Shown here: one piece after another, positions 11,101-24,000 of the stretch
Layout of the letters: each line of letters opens with the position of its first letter
How positions within the stretch are numbered: position 1 is the first letter of the stretch
Assembly: GCA_036172245.1 (NCBI GenBank)
Contig: JAYWIR010000018.1
Span: forward strand, 3,472,001 to 3,536,000
Direction of reading: 5' to 3'
Source of the DNA: Raillietiella orientalis
Lineage: Eukaryota
Length of the DNA stretch: 64,000 nucleotides
Notes under the pieces: generated by a model
Told to the model about the DNA's origin: nothing
What the model saw: the letters and a program-made list of their open reading frames with translations, nothing else
The model's database searches: none
Position numbers and translations under genes: made by a program

Positions 11101-11882
11101 TGCCCACTGGTAATCAGCAATGGTCAATAATAATGTTTTTTTTGTTTTTTTTTTGAAAAGCAATCACGTGACTATCGGACGGGGGAGTAAAAGAATGAAA
11201 AGACTTCTCACCAGCGCTCTCGGTGTTGATTTTCCATTTTGCCGTACCCCACCTCAAGTCTAGCGAATGCGCATACCCCTACATGAAATGGGGCAGAGGA
11301 GCCATTTCGCATCGCAACTCATTTCGGAAGCTGCTCTAAGCTTCGGAAATAGGCCCGGTAGACTTAGAAGTCCCTCTACGTAAACCCTTTCAGAATCTCC
11401 GTTGGTAACGCGAGAAATCGGTCTCGCTGGTGCTGTGCCGGGGAATGCAGCTGAGAGAGCGCATTACGTGCGATTAGGCACACGCGTTCGCGTGCTATTG
11501 GGTTCACGCCGCTGCCGGTGTACGACTAACGCATCCCGAGCTCGTGGCAGATCCGATGGAAATCGCAGAGGGAAACACATGAAACACAGACGCATACACA
11601 CAACTTCTAATCGTGAGGAGGAGAGTATTTTCTTAGCAGGCAAAAATCAAAACAAACTTTTTCACATCTAGAGGTGCTCTAGTTCCGAGATTTGCCATCA
11701 ATTATCTCATCTTTCGGTCTTTTCCCCTCCAATCCCCATTCTTCCTTTTCGTTCTAAAGAGAATTTTTCCAGAGATGATGAGGGAATTAATGCGATTTTG
11801 CCTCTCGCGATCTCGTCCTGTCGGGCTGTGTTCATTATTAATCTCTATTTATCTATTCCCTCCTATCTTCGCCGTCCTCGAT

Positions 11883-12380
11883 TTAACTGGGACTCATAGG
11901 CAGGGGACCTTCCCATGTTCTGAATGAGTCCCTGATGCAATTTGGGTGCATTTCCATGCTTATCAGTTTGTCTAATCCTTCTCGAACAAGATATTCCAGG
12001 AACCTGGAAAAATCATCCCGAGGACCGTACTGACATCCAAATTCTGTTCCTAAGGAATGGGGGTAGATTCTCTCTATCATCCCGAGACCCTCTGAAAACT
12101 CCTTGCTGTCTTCGAAAGGAACACCGAAAAGACTTCTTGAAAACAAAAGAGCTCTCAGAATATAAGGATTTTGAGTCTGCAGATGGACGCTACAGTTGCC
12201 GTAATACCTGCTAGGACTCTGTGGCGGTCCAGGGAAGACTAATTTACCCTTCTCTTTTCTTACGTCTCCAATATTCTCGATCTCCATCTGTGTTACAGAC
12301 TCCTCCAAGAGCGTCTTGTTGTAAGCTGCTTTTCCTTCGTCTTGAGAAGCGCTTGTTGCCAGGGCTTTTCGTGTAGACAT
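11883..12380 (-). mobile_element. Possible degenerate LINE RT N-terminal relic
   Basis: LLEESVTQMEIEN...KGK..PGP resembles the LExxITxxEI..GKAPGPDG start of LINE RT. Confidence 0.3.
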
Positions 12381-14623
12381 GGATGATATGTTCTCGGTCA
12401 CGCACGCACCTACGCACGAATGAACGAACGAACGTGCACGTGTGCGCGTGTCAATGCGCGCATGCACTCACATGCTCTTCGGCGCACTTCCCCGGAACTC
12501 ATAAGTGCAGGTTCACACGTACACTTAAGTGCACGTGCGCGCACGCGCACGTGCGTAGCGTAGGATGGCATCAAAACGAGCACGAAGCACACGCCCACAC
12601 GTGCAGCTGGGTTGCGCTCCTTCTCATGCTGTGCGCTCCCCGAGTTCTCCTTGCACTCGGTGAGAACAAGTCCTGGAATTCTTCGAGATGGCTGTGACGA
12701 TGCTCAGCGTCCGCATTCACTTTTGTCTACCAGCTAGAAGTGCGGCAGAGCTGCTTCCTCAAGGTCGGTCCAGTTAAAATCATTGTGAAGAGCGGAGATT
12801 GCAATAATCTCTTTCTCCTTCCTTTTCTCTTTCCCCCTTCCATCGGGAGAGTCAGCTTGATCGGCATTGCGGACCTGACCTCTTCCTTGGAGGTTTTTCT
12901 CCCTAAGAGAACCCTTTGTCTTCAGAAGTCACCTGAGGGGTCTCCGTTGCTTCGACCACACGCCTCATGTTACCTAGCGAGGAGGGAATGCCTTTCGTCA
13001 GATAGGAGACGCTCAGCTGTGGATGACGTTTCTTGGTGCACTTCGGCTGTAGCTTGTTTTTCGCTTGTCTTTCGCTCAGAGTCTAGATGGCCTCTCTTCT
13101 TCAGATGAGGATAGAAATTCCATCTCATTTTTTTCATGATGTCTTGTTCTCGAGATGTCACGCGATTTCGAAACCGCGAATGGTCCGTAAACCGTGATCT
13201 TCTCCCATAATCGCTCGATCCTGGAGATAAGGCTGGTGTACAGAGCGAAGATCTCTTGTGTCGTGAGAATCGTCTCACTCCTGCAGCAGTGGTCAGGCCT
13301 TAATGTGCCTTTTCAACGGTAGTGGACCTCATTCGGTCCTGTGTAGTTCGTTTCGTCGCGTAGGCTGCTTCTGTTTCGCTTGCCGGCCGAGCTATCAAAG
13401 AGCAGCAGTACGCTATTTGTTGGAGGCGCTGGAAAGAAGGACCAGCAGATCGCCCAACGAGCTGCTGCCTTCCGACCGATCTCCCCACTCCGAAAAAGAG
13501 GCATTTCTGCCGCCTTTGTCGAAAAGTTGAAGGCTTCACCAGCCAGCTACGTGCCCGAGACTTCATTCCCGTAGCTGTGTTAGCGTGGACCAAAGCTCCT
13601 GATCTCCGTCTGTTATGTGGAGGGACTGCAGGACTCGGCCTTGTTACAAGGTTTTCGTATTGATTCGAAGAAAAGACCTTCATCTCACTCGACCTGCCAA
13701 GAGTAAATGTAGTTGTAGGGTTGGTTTGCAACAAGTGCTTCTCGATGGGGTGACAACTTTTCTGGAGAGCGCATTCAGCGCTGCAACTCGAACCCACGAC
13801 TTCCCTTCTCGACACCAGATTATTTTCGCTATTGTACTGAGTCTGATTGGCTCAAGGTTTAGCGGGGGGGTTTGTGCGGGTCTAAAGATTGACGCTTCCA
13901 CCGCTTGGGTTTTGGGAAGGCCTCTTAGTCGGTACATCCAGCAGATGTCTCGGCTGTGCTGAACCTAACCTAAAGAAACCATACCTCTCTCAAAGTCACA
14001 ATCCACTTCAAAAACTTTGTTAGGAAGATTCAAAATCACGAGAAGGAATTTTCCACAGCTTCCGCCTATACCGACCAATCTACCATCATCTTTTGGTGGA
14101 GGGTCTACCTGTGATGGGTCTGCAAGAGGGTGGTGTGTTCCTTGTTGAGATCACTTTTCTACTAACTGTAATCTCTTCTTGGTAATATCATTGTTTAGGA
14201 TGTTGTTGCTAGCTTTGAGAAGCTGTTGCAGAGAGGCGAGTTCCTTCGGGAGAGCTCGTTTCTGGGATTCGAACCCTCAGCTTTCACTCGCCACGGAGTA
14301 TTTTCTTCCCTCCTTTTTTGTGCTTAGTTCTCAGCATCGTGCAGGTCTAAAGATCGGCAGATGTTTTGATGACTCGATACTGGGTTTAAGGGTTCGTTCG
14401 CCTACGTTCTTGGAATTTTCCGCTTTCTCGAGGAGTCGTTGTCGGTCCTAAGATACCAATAACCTCTCTGGCAATAACGCGACATGATCACAGACAATCA
14501 ATTAAACGCATTTGTGTCGCTGTGACGCTATTTGGACCAGCGAAAGGCAACCTTTCCGCGACAACTCGAACCACAGGAAGGCGACCGTGCGGGCCGGAGG
14601 GAGGGCGGTTCCTCCAGACGCAC

Positions 14624-16241
14624 GGCTGGCCACAAGAATAAAGCGCACAAGAGCTGCTTGTTCCAAGAAAGCATTCATTCGTCTTCTCTTCGTGCCCAAA
14701 GACTGCGGCTGGAGGTGGCAGAGTGGAACGAATCAGAGATCCACTCAAGAGGGGCATCCAGGAAGCGAAAAAAGCTCAACCGAAAGCACTGAACAATGTA
14801 TACGGGGCACGCACCTCGCGGAGGAGAGTGGGGCATTCCCTTGACTATCGGGAGCTCTCGCGCGGTAGTCTGATATCCTCATCCGCTCCATATCTCCCTC
14901 TGTCTTGGCTGTTCACTGCACTTTGAGAGCATCGGGTTGGTTCAAGAGACAAGTCACGCAACCAGGAGGTGCTCTGGTGCCCTCAGAGAGCGCAGAAGGA
15001 GCGTAATAGAAATAGGCTTAAGAAGGGGAGTGCATAGGGGAAGTCGCAGCAGGTGCTCCATCACAGTGTGGAGCCCCTGGTCTCGACCCCGATGCCTTCG
15101 ACAAGGTCACCCGTTTGTATAGGGATGACGTCTTATTATGCCTCCATCCCCCTTCCCTGCTAAAGACCTGGGAGGCGGAGGGTAGGAAATTGAAGGCGGA
15201 CTCACGGAAGGCCTCATCATGGTGTGGGACTGACTCCAACGTTGCGCCAATGCCCCCGAGAAGCCTAGTTTTGTCCCCAGGGATCACGAAGGAGAATTGG
15301 GAAGGAACAAGGAGGAAGCGAATTTTTCCAGGGTAGCCCCGCAAGAGCAGCATGAAGGCATTTTTCGCCCCAAAGCGTGCCCAATCTCGGAGATCTCTTC
15401 AGTGGAAATGAGGGTCTCGAGAGGAGCCATGTTCATGTCAGAAGGCTTTGGTGAAAGCCCAAGGGTCCCAAGTGCGGTGCTCCTTGGGACAAACGTTTTT
15501 TCTTACGGAGGGAGAGGGAGTGCGGAACGGCGAGGTCTTCCCCTAACACCCCCTCAAGGGATGAGAAAGGGGCTGCCTGTACCCGTACGCTCCTGCTTTC
15601 TCCCCTCCCCGCAGGGTGCCACATCAGAAGCTGCGGGATAGGCGGTAAGCGTATGTCCTTCGGGGCCCATCGTCTGCAGATTCCCCCAGCCCTTCGGCCC
15701 ATGGAACTCACGAGAGATGTGCCGCTGCCTTGCTCCTGCCGGAATCCACTGGCGCATCTCTCCTGCTGCAGGAGGTAGAGCCCCCAGTCCTCGTATCGGG
15801 CAAGTGGTCAGCAGCGGAGCCAAAGGACAGGCCCTCGGGAGACCTCTCTGAAAAAGAGGAAAGCAGTGTAAGCCTCTTCCTTTCAGGAGCGGCACAGAGA
15901 CGACGGAAAGGGGAAGGAACAGGGGTGGTCCGTCATTCGTGGATTCGCTGTCGCCTTCAGGCTCCTCTAGGGAACCTTTTGAAGAGACACGAGGTACATC
16001 TTCTGAGCCCGTCGACTAGGGGTAGCTCCTCCTTCCCGCAGACATGTGCGGCATCCGGGACGATCCCTCTTTGTCCGCTGTTCCTGTTTTTCGTCTTCCC
16101 TTTTCCCTTTCGGTTGCTCCCGTGAAGAGGTCCCTTGGAACCCTCCCGTCTGACTTCCACTCGCGCATGCTTGTGGACGTGCAGAGAGAATCCATCAGGG
16201 TCTCATCTCCATGCACTTGCGGAAGCGGTTTGCGGACAACG
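14624..16241 (-). CDS. Cluster of candidate linker exons (e.g. 15712-15847, 15583-15630, one starting at 15501, 14624-14708); exact chain and frames unresolved
   Basis: Several acceptor/donor pairs bound open frames: ttttcag..GTGAGT, cccgcag..GTACAG, cctccag..GTGCGT. Read in phase 0, 14624-14708 (PQSLGTKRRRMNAFLEQAALVRFILVAS) ends in phase 1, matching exon 8115-8169, but a second frame is also open. Confidence 0.35.
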
Positions 16242-16878
16242 CTGGTATGTGTGTGGGCGGAGAGAGAAGGAAAGCAGTCTCTATGGCATCAGCCATTCGA
16301 GAATGGCTCCGCATCTCTTCAGAAACTTTTGAGAGCCAATGTAGCCGACAGGTGGGGTAGAAGAATAGAAAGAGACAGAAGGAGAGACCCTCATTTTTCT
16401 GCGATCGATGGAGGACGCAACGTGCATGCGCCCTTCGAAAGACATGCGGGTGCAGCCATCAATCCACCGTGACGCTCCTGCTTCTTGAGACCACCGTGGA
16501 CCGCTGGCAGGTGAATGTGGGTTGGGGATGAGGTGCAGAGCAAGTCATGCGCGGAGCGGCACCGGTCACGTACGAGAGCTGTGCAATTAGATCTACAGTC
16601 TCACCTATTACAAGCGCCCCTCACGCAGAGAAGTCAAGGCCCGCGCGCGCGAAATATGGCGCGGGGCTCACCCTACCGAGCTCCTCCGCAACACGTGCAG
16701 TCGTCTGCCTAGGCTCAGTAGCTCGTCCGCTGCTGCGCGCGCGCGTTTTTGCGTCATTGAGGGTGCCATTCCTCCTGCGGGCGCATGACGGATTTCCCGT
16801 AGAGAGATGGGACGGTGGGTAAGTCGAAAAGGCCTGAACGAGAGCCTCTCCGGGGGACGTGTAGCGAGCGATACTCAC

Positions 16879-17680
16879 CTGACTTGTAGGCACCAGCACC
16901 ATCGTATCGCACGACCCGGTATGCGGCGTTCGAGGTATGCCGGAAGCTTTGGCGCTCCTTCGACAACCTGGCAGGGTTCGTCTCTTCCCTCTCGGCGCTT
17001 TTCGAGTAGGTGCTCAGGTTCACAATGCAAGGTCCCGAATTGTTTCTCTTCGGCACATAACCGAAAGGATCTCTCAAGGGACTCTTCCGGGTCGGAGCAG
17101 CTAGGTCGTCCTTGCGGTTGCCATTGTCCCCGATGTCAGAGTTACCCGCCATCACGGCGATGATGTCTCCGGCAGAATGCCTCTTTGCGCATGCGTCTGG
17201 GTGAATCTTGAGCCGAGTCTCGCCTCCGCTGCCGTTCCTGGTCGCTCTCTGTCTGTTCCTCTGCTTCCTCTTCTTAGACTTCCGGTCCCTTGGTAGCCTT
17301 CCAGATTCCTGATCAGTGTCTTCCTCCGAGCTGCCGGGGCAGGACTCGTCCTCGGAAGCGGCAGCTGCTGCCGCAGCGGCTGCGGCAGTGAAGCACTCCT
17401 TTGGGGACGCGGGAAAAGGGAAGAAGGCGGAAGCGTAGCTGTCCCCGGCGTCCTCTTCCAGCCTTCTGTATCCAACTCCAATGCCGCCGTCATCATCCGC
17501 ATGCTGGTGGGTAGCTACAGACTCGCTCTGAATCTGCTCCAGCCTCTGCAGGTCCTGGAGTGTCAGCTCGATCACGGCTTTGGAGCTGGCGCGACGGCTG
17601 CCGGCAGCGGTGTTCACGTTGAGAAAGCTGCTGAAGGACGTTGCTTGCTTCCTCCTGCAGACGCTGCACTTCCAGGACTT
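16879..17680 (-). CDS. Fife: Large exon: zinc finger C-terminus (KSWKCSVCRRK) plus a low-complexity linker with poly-Ala and acidic/basic tracts
   Basis: Pyrimidine-rich acceptor ctcgttccag; 802-nt open frame overlapping ORF 16754-17617; strong donor CAG|GTGAGT; supplies the fourth CxxC pair. Confidence 0.9.
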
Positions 17681-18464
17681 CTGGAACGAGATAGAGTGAG
17701 AAGCGACCGTCAGTGACTCTTCCAGATGCGGAGAAAGTTAGGCGAGGGAGACAGTAAAGGGGTTTCCAGTGCCTCCTTCCCACCCGCCCCCTCCATGTCT
17801 TCCTGCTCTTCCCAACCCTCATCGCACCCACCGCGGCTACCTGCGAGACCTTCATCCGAGCGTGGAGGCTCCTTCCCACGGATGTCGCAGCGCTCTCACC
17901 AAAGAGCTACTTCCCAAAGCCAGGATGCTACGGTCTGTTTCTTCCGGAAAACCCTCCATTCAAAGATCTCGCTGCGCTGTCTTTCGAGAATAAACTGATC
18001 CATATATATCGTCGATCCTTAGGGGGGTGAGAACGAGAGGGAAGGAGCGAGGGAGAGCATGGAGAAGTCGGCGGCGGAAGCAGGCTCTGGAACCAGCTAC
18101 TCTCCTCTTTCTTCCTCCCTTCTTCTCCCTCCCTCCTTTTGGGGGAAAGGGGAGTACAACATTTAAAGAGATCCGCCAGACTTCATCCTTCGATGCTCTC
18201 TATTGCGAAGGGCGGGAACGAGAGGCATCGAGGGCACCGAGGGTGATGGGCATGAAAGAGGAAATATGGGGCCGCGGGGCTCATCTAGATGCTAGAGAAC
18301 TGCAAGATATACGAAGGGAGGAATCCTTATGTGGCCTCCCTCTGGTCCATTGCTCTCTCTGCAGAGAGGAAGGAGAACTTTAAAAATCTTAGTTAGGAAG
18401 CGGCTCCAGATAGTCTCGGAGAAGAGTTAGCTCAGGACAGTTGCCAGGGAGACAAACTCAGGGT

Positions 18465-18488
18465 GAGAGAGAAAGAGAGAGAGAGAGA
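18465..18488 (+). repeat. (GA)n microsatellite
   Basis: Direct reading. Confidence 0.9.
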
Positions 18489-20549
18489 ACGTTTCGAACC
18501 TGCTGCTGGACCGTCAAGAAGGGAGCCTTCCCACCCAGACCACTGGCATGAATGAGAAATAAGAACATCGCGTCATTCCTGAACTCCCGAAGCATCGGCA
18601 GATGCAAGAACTCAGGCCAGGAAGAAGCTGCTGACGTCCTTATTTTCAGTCCGCCGGGATGCAGGTACTAGCAAAGCTGGGGAACTCCCGCTTATCCATA
18701 TGACCCTCCCTTTTTCGCAATTCTTCCTCTGGAAGAGTGGAAAGGGGATTTCCCTGATTTTCGGTATGAGGAGGTCCGAAAAGCACTCAGAAGGGGCTGC
18801 TGACGTCGGATGGACAGTAGGGGGAGGTGGGGGAAATCCAGCCGTGACCCTTAGTGAAGGTCACACCTCCTCCCCTTCGAACGAAGGAGTCCTCTAGCGT
18901 TTCCCTTTTCACCCCGTTCTTCCTTCCTTTTTAGTGGAAGGGAAAAACGAAACGAGCTGTTGAACGTAGGAGAAGAGGCGGCTCCTCCGCCCCACGAGGA
19001 GTACCTCGTCCCCTCAGACACTGCCGTGCTCGGAATGGTAGTCTCCAGTGGACATAATGCTGCTTCCGTTCCTGCCACACCCTTCCTCTTGCATTTATAG
19101 CACCACGGCGAGATAGGGAGGTGATTTTCAGAAAGCCGTTCCTAGACCAGCAAGACCCTCTAGGGTCCTGATGACTCTCCACAGAGCGCTCCTCAGAATG
19201 CATGCTCCGAAGTTAGGAAGAGGGGAGAAAGCTGATCACCCATACAGCTGCGCCGGAGGACCTGCTAAAGGCGACCAGAGTTCCAGGGAAAGATCCCTGC
19301 TCAAGGCGAGCGTCCCCTTCGAAGATGGCAGCACGGTTGCAGCACGCAGATGCCCCTGCACAGATCCTCGCGTGCGACGGAGGCCGCCGTCTCGAGGGAG
19401 CAACAGGCGGTGCGGGGAGTGGAAGGGGACGGGAGAAGGGCGCGCCGCACGCGAAGGTAGAGGGTTTGCGACCGTCCCCAGAGATTGTCCTCCCCGCCGC
19501 TTCCAAAGAGGCGGTGGCGGCTTCAAGAAAGAATCGAGGGATGCATTCCAGGGGCTCAGGCGCCCGCAGATTCCGACTCCCGGCTTCCAAAGAGAGCTCG
19601 CGCTCTGAAAGTGCCGGATTCACGACTGAGAGCTCCCAGAAAGAAGTTCATGCGAAAGGAAGACAGAACAAGCGCTCTTTTCCCTCCTCTTCCCCTTTCG
19701 ATCCCTCCCTAGGGAAGCGTTCCTCGAATTTGCCCGAAGGGAGGCAGAGAACGGTAGGGGAAGGAAGGAGGGAGTCTCGCCAGAGGCCCTCCGACCCGAG
19801 CAAAAAGATCGGAGGGCCTTTTCGCGTCTCCAGGAGCCTCCTTATCTGGAGGAAGAGAAAGAGGGGGAAAGCGTGCAAGAGGAGTACCAGGCCAGACCTC
19901 AGGTGCGAAACGGACGGCGGGACAGTACAAAGAAGCGATCACTTCTCAGGAGATCCTCTCGATGTGGCCTTCCCATCCCAGGTGGTCAAGGGAGAGGTTG
20001 GAGGTGAGAGCCGCCGTCGGGATACTCGGAGTCCGCGTCCCACCCTAACGAAGGCACCGAAGGATTGATCTCTCGGCTGAACAGTCCTCCTCTTTTTCCA
20101 AGAACTGGGTCTTTCTGACTGCTGCCACAGATGCGGCCGAATGGAGGTCGTGAAGAAGAGGCACTCAGAGAGAAGAACACGGCTCTTGGTACACCGCTCT
20201 AGTATCCGCCGTATCAGGTTTGCGCAAGTGGCAACACCGAAAGGTCGCCAGTCGACCGACCTAGAGCTCCGAGGGACTCTCAGAGGTACCGGGAAGCGCA
20301 GAATCCCATTTAACCCACAGGCACAGGCGCCGGAACATTGGTTCACGTGAGGCCCAGCAGCCTCCTATTCTCGCCTTTAAATGATTCTCGGGGAGCACAC
20401 GCAGTTGGGAGGAGAGAGATCAATAGCCAATAACTGTCGGCGTACCTTAGGAGTGGCAATAAATCAAAGCTCCTTCCGGAAGCACTTCTTTGCAGATAGA
20501 CCGATTAAGCTAAATAATTTAAGTGACCCTATAGATCTAATGCCTAATG

Positions 20550-21070
20550 CCAGGTGACTAAAAGTGAATTATTAATATTGATTAGTTTGCTCTGTGAGTG
20601 TCCGCAACTGCTCCTCCAATTCACGGAATGTGATCTTCAAAATTAGTCATCAATAATAAAGATAATCAAGAGGCGAGAGATCAGGAACTCTTCGGAAGAA
20701 TTTCCTCCTAAAGAATTGACTTTGTCAATCTCCTTATGACTCAATAGTGGGGAGAAGAAATCCCTCCTTGGAGAGGTGACGAACTTTTTGCCTTCTAGAA
20801 GCAGCAGCCTTGTCTCTGAAGACGATGAAGGTCGATAGTTTAAATAAAGTGAGCTTTTTCTTCATCCTGCAGGGCGTGCGAGTAGGGAAACTACTGGCTA
20901 CTTCGTTCTGTTACGTTGGCTGTTATGTCACCAGGAAGAAGTTGAATTTTGTCTCCCCATATCTCCCCAGTCGGTCTTTTCATGGTCTAGAGACGGTCAC
21001 CCTTGTCTTCTCTTGTAGATTCAAAGAGATTCCGTGGTCCATCCATCTACGGGTCTCTCGTTCCTAGTTC
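20550..21070 (-). mobile_element. Possible degenerate CR1/L2/Jockey-type RT C-terminal relic
   Basis: RWMDHGISLNLQEKT (W..N.L.LN..KT-like), followed downstream by NFEDHI (F..HI-like), with stops. Confidence 0.3.
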
Positions 21071-24000
21071 CATTTGAACCCGAATCTTGCTGCCCCTGCA
21101 GCTGCTGCAGGTCGAATCAACCGCGAGGTTAGGATGCATGCCCAACCACGGTCACACAGCATAACTCTGTGATGCAACGTGTTGCTGCTTCTTTCTTCCA
21201 AACAGAACCGATGCAGAGGAGCGCCCGTCCATCAGCATAAAATGAACGAGCCGACTCTTAGTGCCTTCATGCGCCAGCAGATTCGGTGGTCACCTCAGAT
21301 GAAGGCAAGATTCTCATCAGGGGCCTCTGATCCCAAGTTTCCTTGCAACATGCAAAAGTTGCAGGAGGTAGTTCTTGCGGAAACACAACTGACTTGTAAC
21401 GTGTTCTACACGTTTGGTAAAATTTCAGGTGACCAAAAAAGTGTTCAGGAGGATTCATTCAGAAGATCATGGACCCTCTGTCGGGAGGAAAACAGGCTCA
21501 TCTTTCAGAATATTTCCGAAGGTTCTTTCTTTTGTCATTTGTCTTCGTGAGTTTATTGTGAAGATACAGATGGTAAATCCTTATGATACTCTCTGAGTCT
21601 CAGTTATGTTCAAGCCATTCATCTTTCGAGTTACGCGGAGGGCGCTCAGGTATCAACATTTAGGTTCTCTCTCCGTCAGCCAAGAATAGTTTGGTTGTTG
21701 ACGCAAATGACTCATAATGAAATCCTAATGAGCAGAATTGCAAAGTTATGTGCCTCGCCTTGAAAATTACCACCTTCAAATGACCGGCAGCATCCAAGAC
21801 CGAAATGTTTCAATCCCTTCTTCTAAAATCTGCTTGCGATTGCATGAAGATGCACCAGTCAGCAAGGGAAGCACTAGGGAAGTTTTCTGGAGCAGGTACA
21901 GATATCCTTGCTCTTTCCCACCAGTTCCGTGTGGACTTCAACCCCGATAGATAGTCGCACAATGCCTCTATTCAGATCCATAACTAAATCGGAGGGACAT
22001 AATACGTTCTCTGCGTCTTTTGTTCGAATTGAGAACGCAGATTTCAAATAGGTTTATGAGTTTACAGTTGTGAATAATGGAGGCTTTAAAAGCTATTGGC
22101 CGGAATTATGGAGTCCATAAGAGAATTCTGAATGGCCATCCTCATAGCCTGCTGATAGGCATAAATCACCTGTACATTTCTTATTAGTCTGTATTCAGTT
22201 TGGCGAGGGAAAGATTCTTTCGGTATCAAGCAACGGATTTATTCAGGGCTTTTTTTTTTATTCCAGAAAGTGCGGTTTTGTTCCGGTAGGAATTTTCCTA
22301 TCGTTATTTAATTATTAATTTCTTTTCGTGGTTTCCCTCTCCTGAGCAAAGTACTTTCGAGTAGCTCAGCTCTCACTGCCTGGAACCTCCCGAGAACGCC
22401 ACTTAGGAACACATCTGGGGTTATTGCAATATTGCAACGAGCATGTTGGATGGCTTGTGGTCTGTAAACGGCCTCTCCATCCATGGAGTAAAAGCGTCTT
22501 CTCAAATGTACTGCGGTTATTAACCGGTTTAGCTCCCACTTTAGGTAGGATCGACTGAGCACCTGCTATCTTTTTCAGACACGTTGATGTGTGATCATGT
22601 AAGATTTTTCCAGGGCTTCTTCTAAACGCGAAGAGAGCCTCGGTCTCATTAGGGAATGCTAGGGGACTTTTTGTCGGTTCCTCTCTCAGACCTTGCTAAC
22701 GACGCAGACGACGGGGTTCTCTCATCCGCCAAGCAAGCGTGCAAAGTGCTCCATCCGCTTGGCAGATCTTGTTGGATACGAATCACTGCTGCAGAGGAAT
22801 CCGGAACCAGCTCATTTCGCACCACCTATGAGCCAAGAACGAGTTGATCCTTGATTGGTTCATGCAATTTGAACGATGCTTTCAGACCAATCAAGCGAGA
22901 GGAGCCCATTTCCCCATCATCCTTTACAAGTACCAACAGTAGATGGAAAATTTCTGCCAGGTACAAACCGTACTTGACGCGCATCGATCAGCAAACGCCT
23001 CTGCGCTGCTGGTGGACCCTTGCGCACGTGACAAGGCAGGTCCGCGTGGGCGCGCGCATTAATGCATTTCCTTCGGCAACATGGAGTCCGATAACGGAAA
23101 CGCGCGTTCCATCGAGGGCTCCAAACGGCGCGACAGGAGGCGCTCGCACTTCGATCGCTCTCAGGTCGACAAATCGTGCGGAGATCTTGACCGCCTCCGG
23201 CTCTTGATCTCAAGCCCGCGGAGGAGATCGGGTTCGAATAGCGCGCTGCATTCCTGTAAAAGGGTCTTTTGCATCAGAGGTCCTCGTCCACCCTGCCTCC
23301 TCCAGGATCCAAAGGAAGAGCGCATTCTTCGGTGCCGAGGTGGCAGGGTTCTCTCCGAGGACAGAAGGAGGAAATTTTCAGGTAACGGCAGGGGCGGCTG
23401 CGACTCCTGGCCCGGAGACCACTGAAGGGATCTCGTGGTCTCCGATCCCTCTGGAGGGACCAGCAGGAAGCAGTGGCGGAGAGGGAAGGACTCGGTGTCG
23501 AGGGAGCAGGATCCCTGCGACTCTTCATCCTGTCCGGGAGCCTTCGTTCCAGCAGGCTGCAGTGCCGCCGCCCCTGAGACTGCGAAGTCTTCCAGGTGCG
23601 GTTCCCGCCGGCTGCCTCCGGAAAGCGACCTCTTTAAGGGGAGCAGACGGAAGATCACGTTCTTTGTGGGGAAGGGGGGGGGGGAACTCGCGTTCCACCA
23701 CCGCGGTCTAGCAGGGACCGCGAGCAACAGAAGAGCATCAGCAGCAGTGTAGGTCGGGCCGGCTCGCCTGCTTTTCCACCCTAGGAGGCTGCTCGCCACG
23801 CACGCCGTTTCCCGCCGAGGTTCTCTCCCGAGAGAGGCTTCCCTTCCCGAGAGGAGGATTTCATCGGTACGGCTTCCGCTGTGGCCCCGAAGTCTGGCCA
23901 TCGCTTTTTCCTGGTTTAGCCTACTCTTCCGGCTGGACAGGACGGGCAGCCGCAGCCACTCCACAAGCGTATCAAAAACGTTCATGCCAGAAGAATCGGA

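Noticed and set aside
14264..14300. Perfect B-box GGGTTCGAATCCC on the minus strand (tRNA or SINE)
   Set aside because: No cloverleaf, and the A-box-like sequence is too close. At most a relic.
20100..20370. CCHRCGRME as a LINE C-terminal zinc finger relic
   Set aside because: The His and last Cys are absent; support is insufficient.
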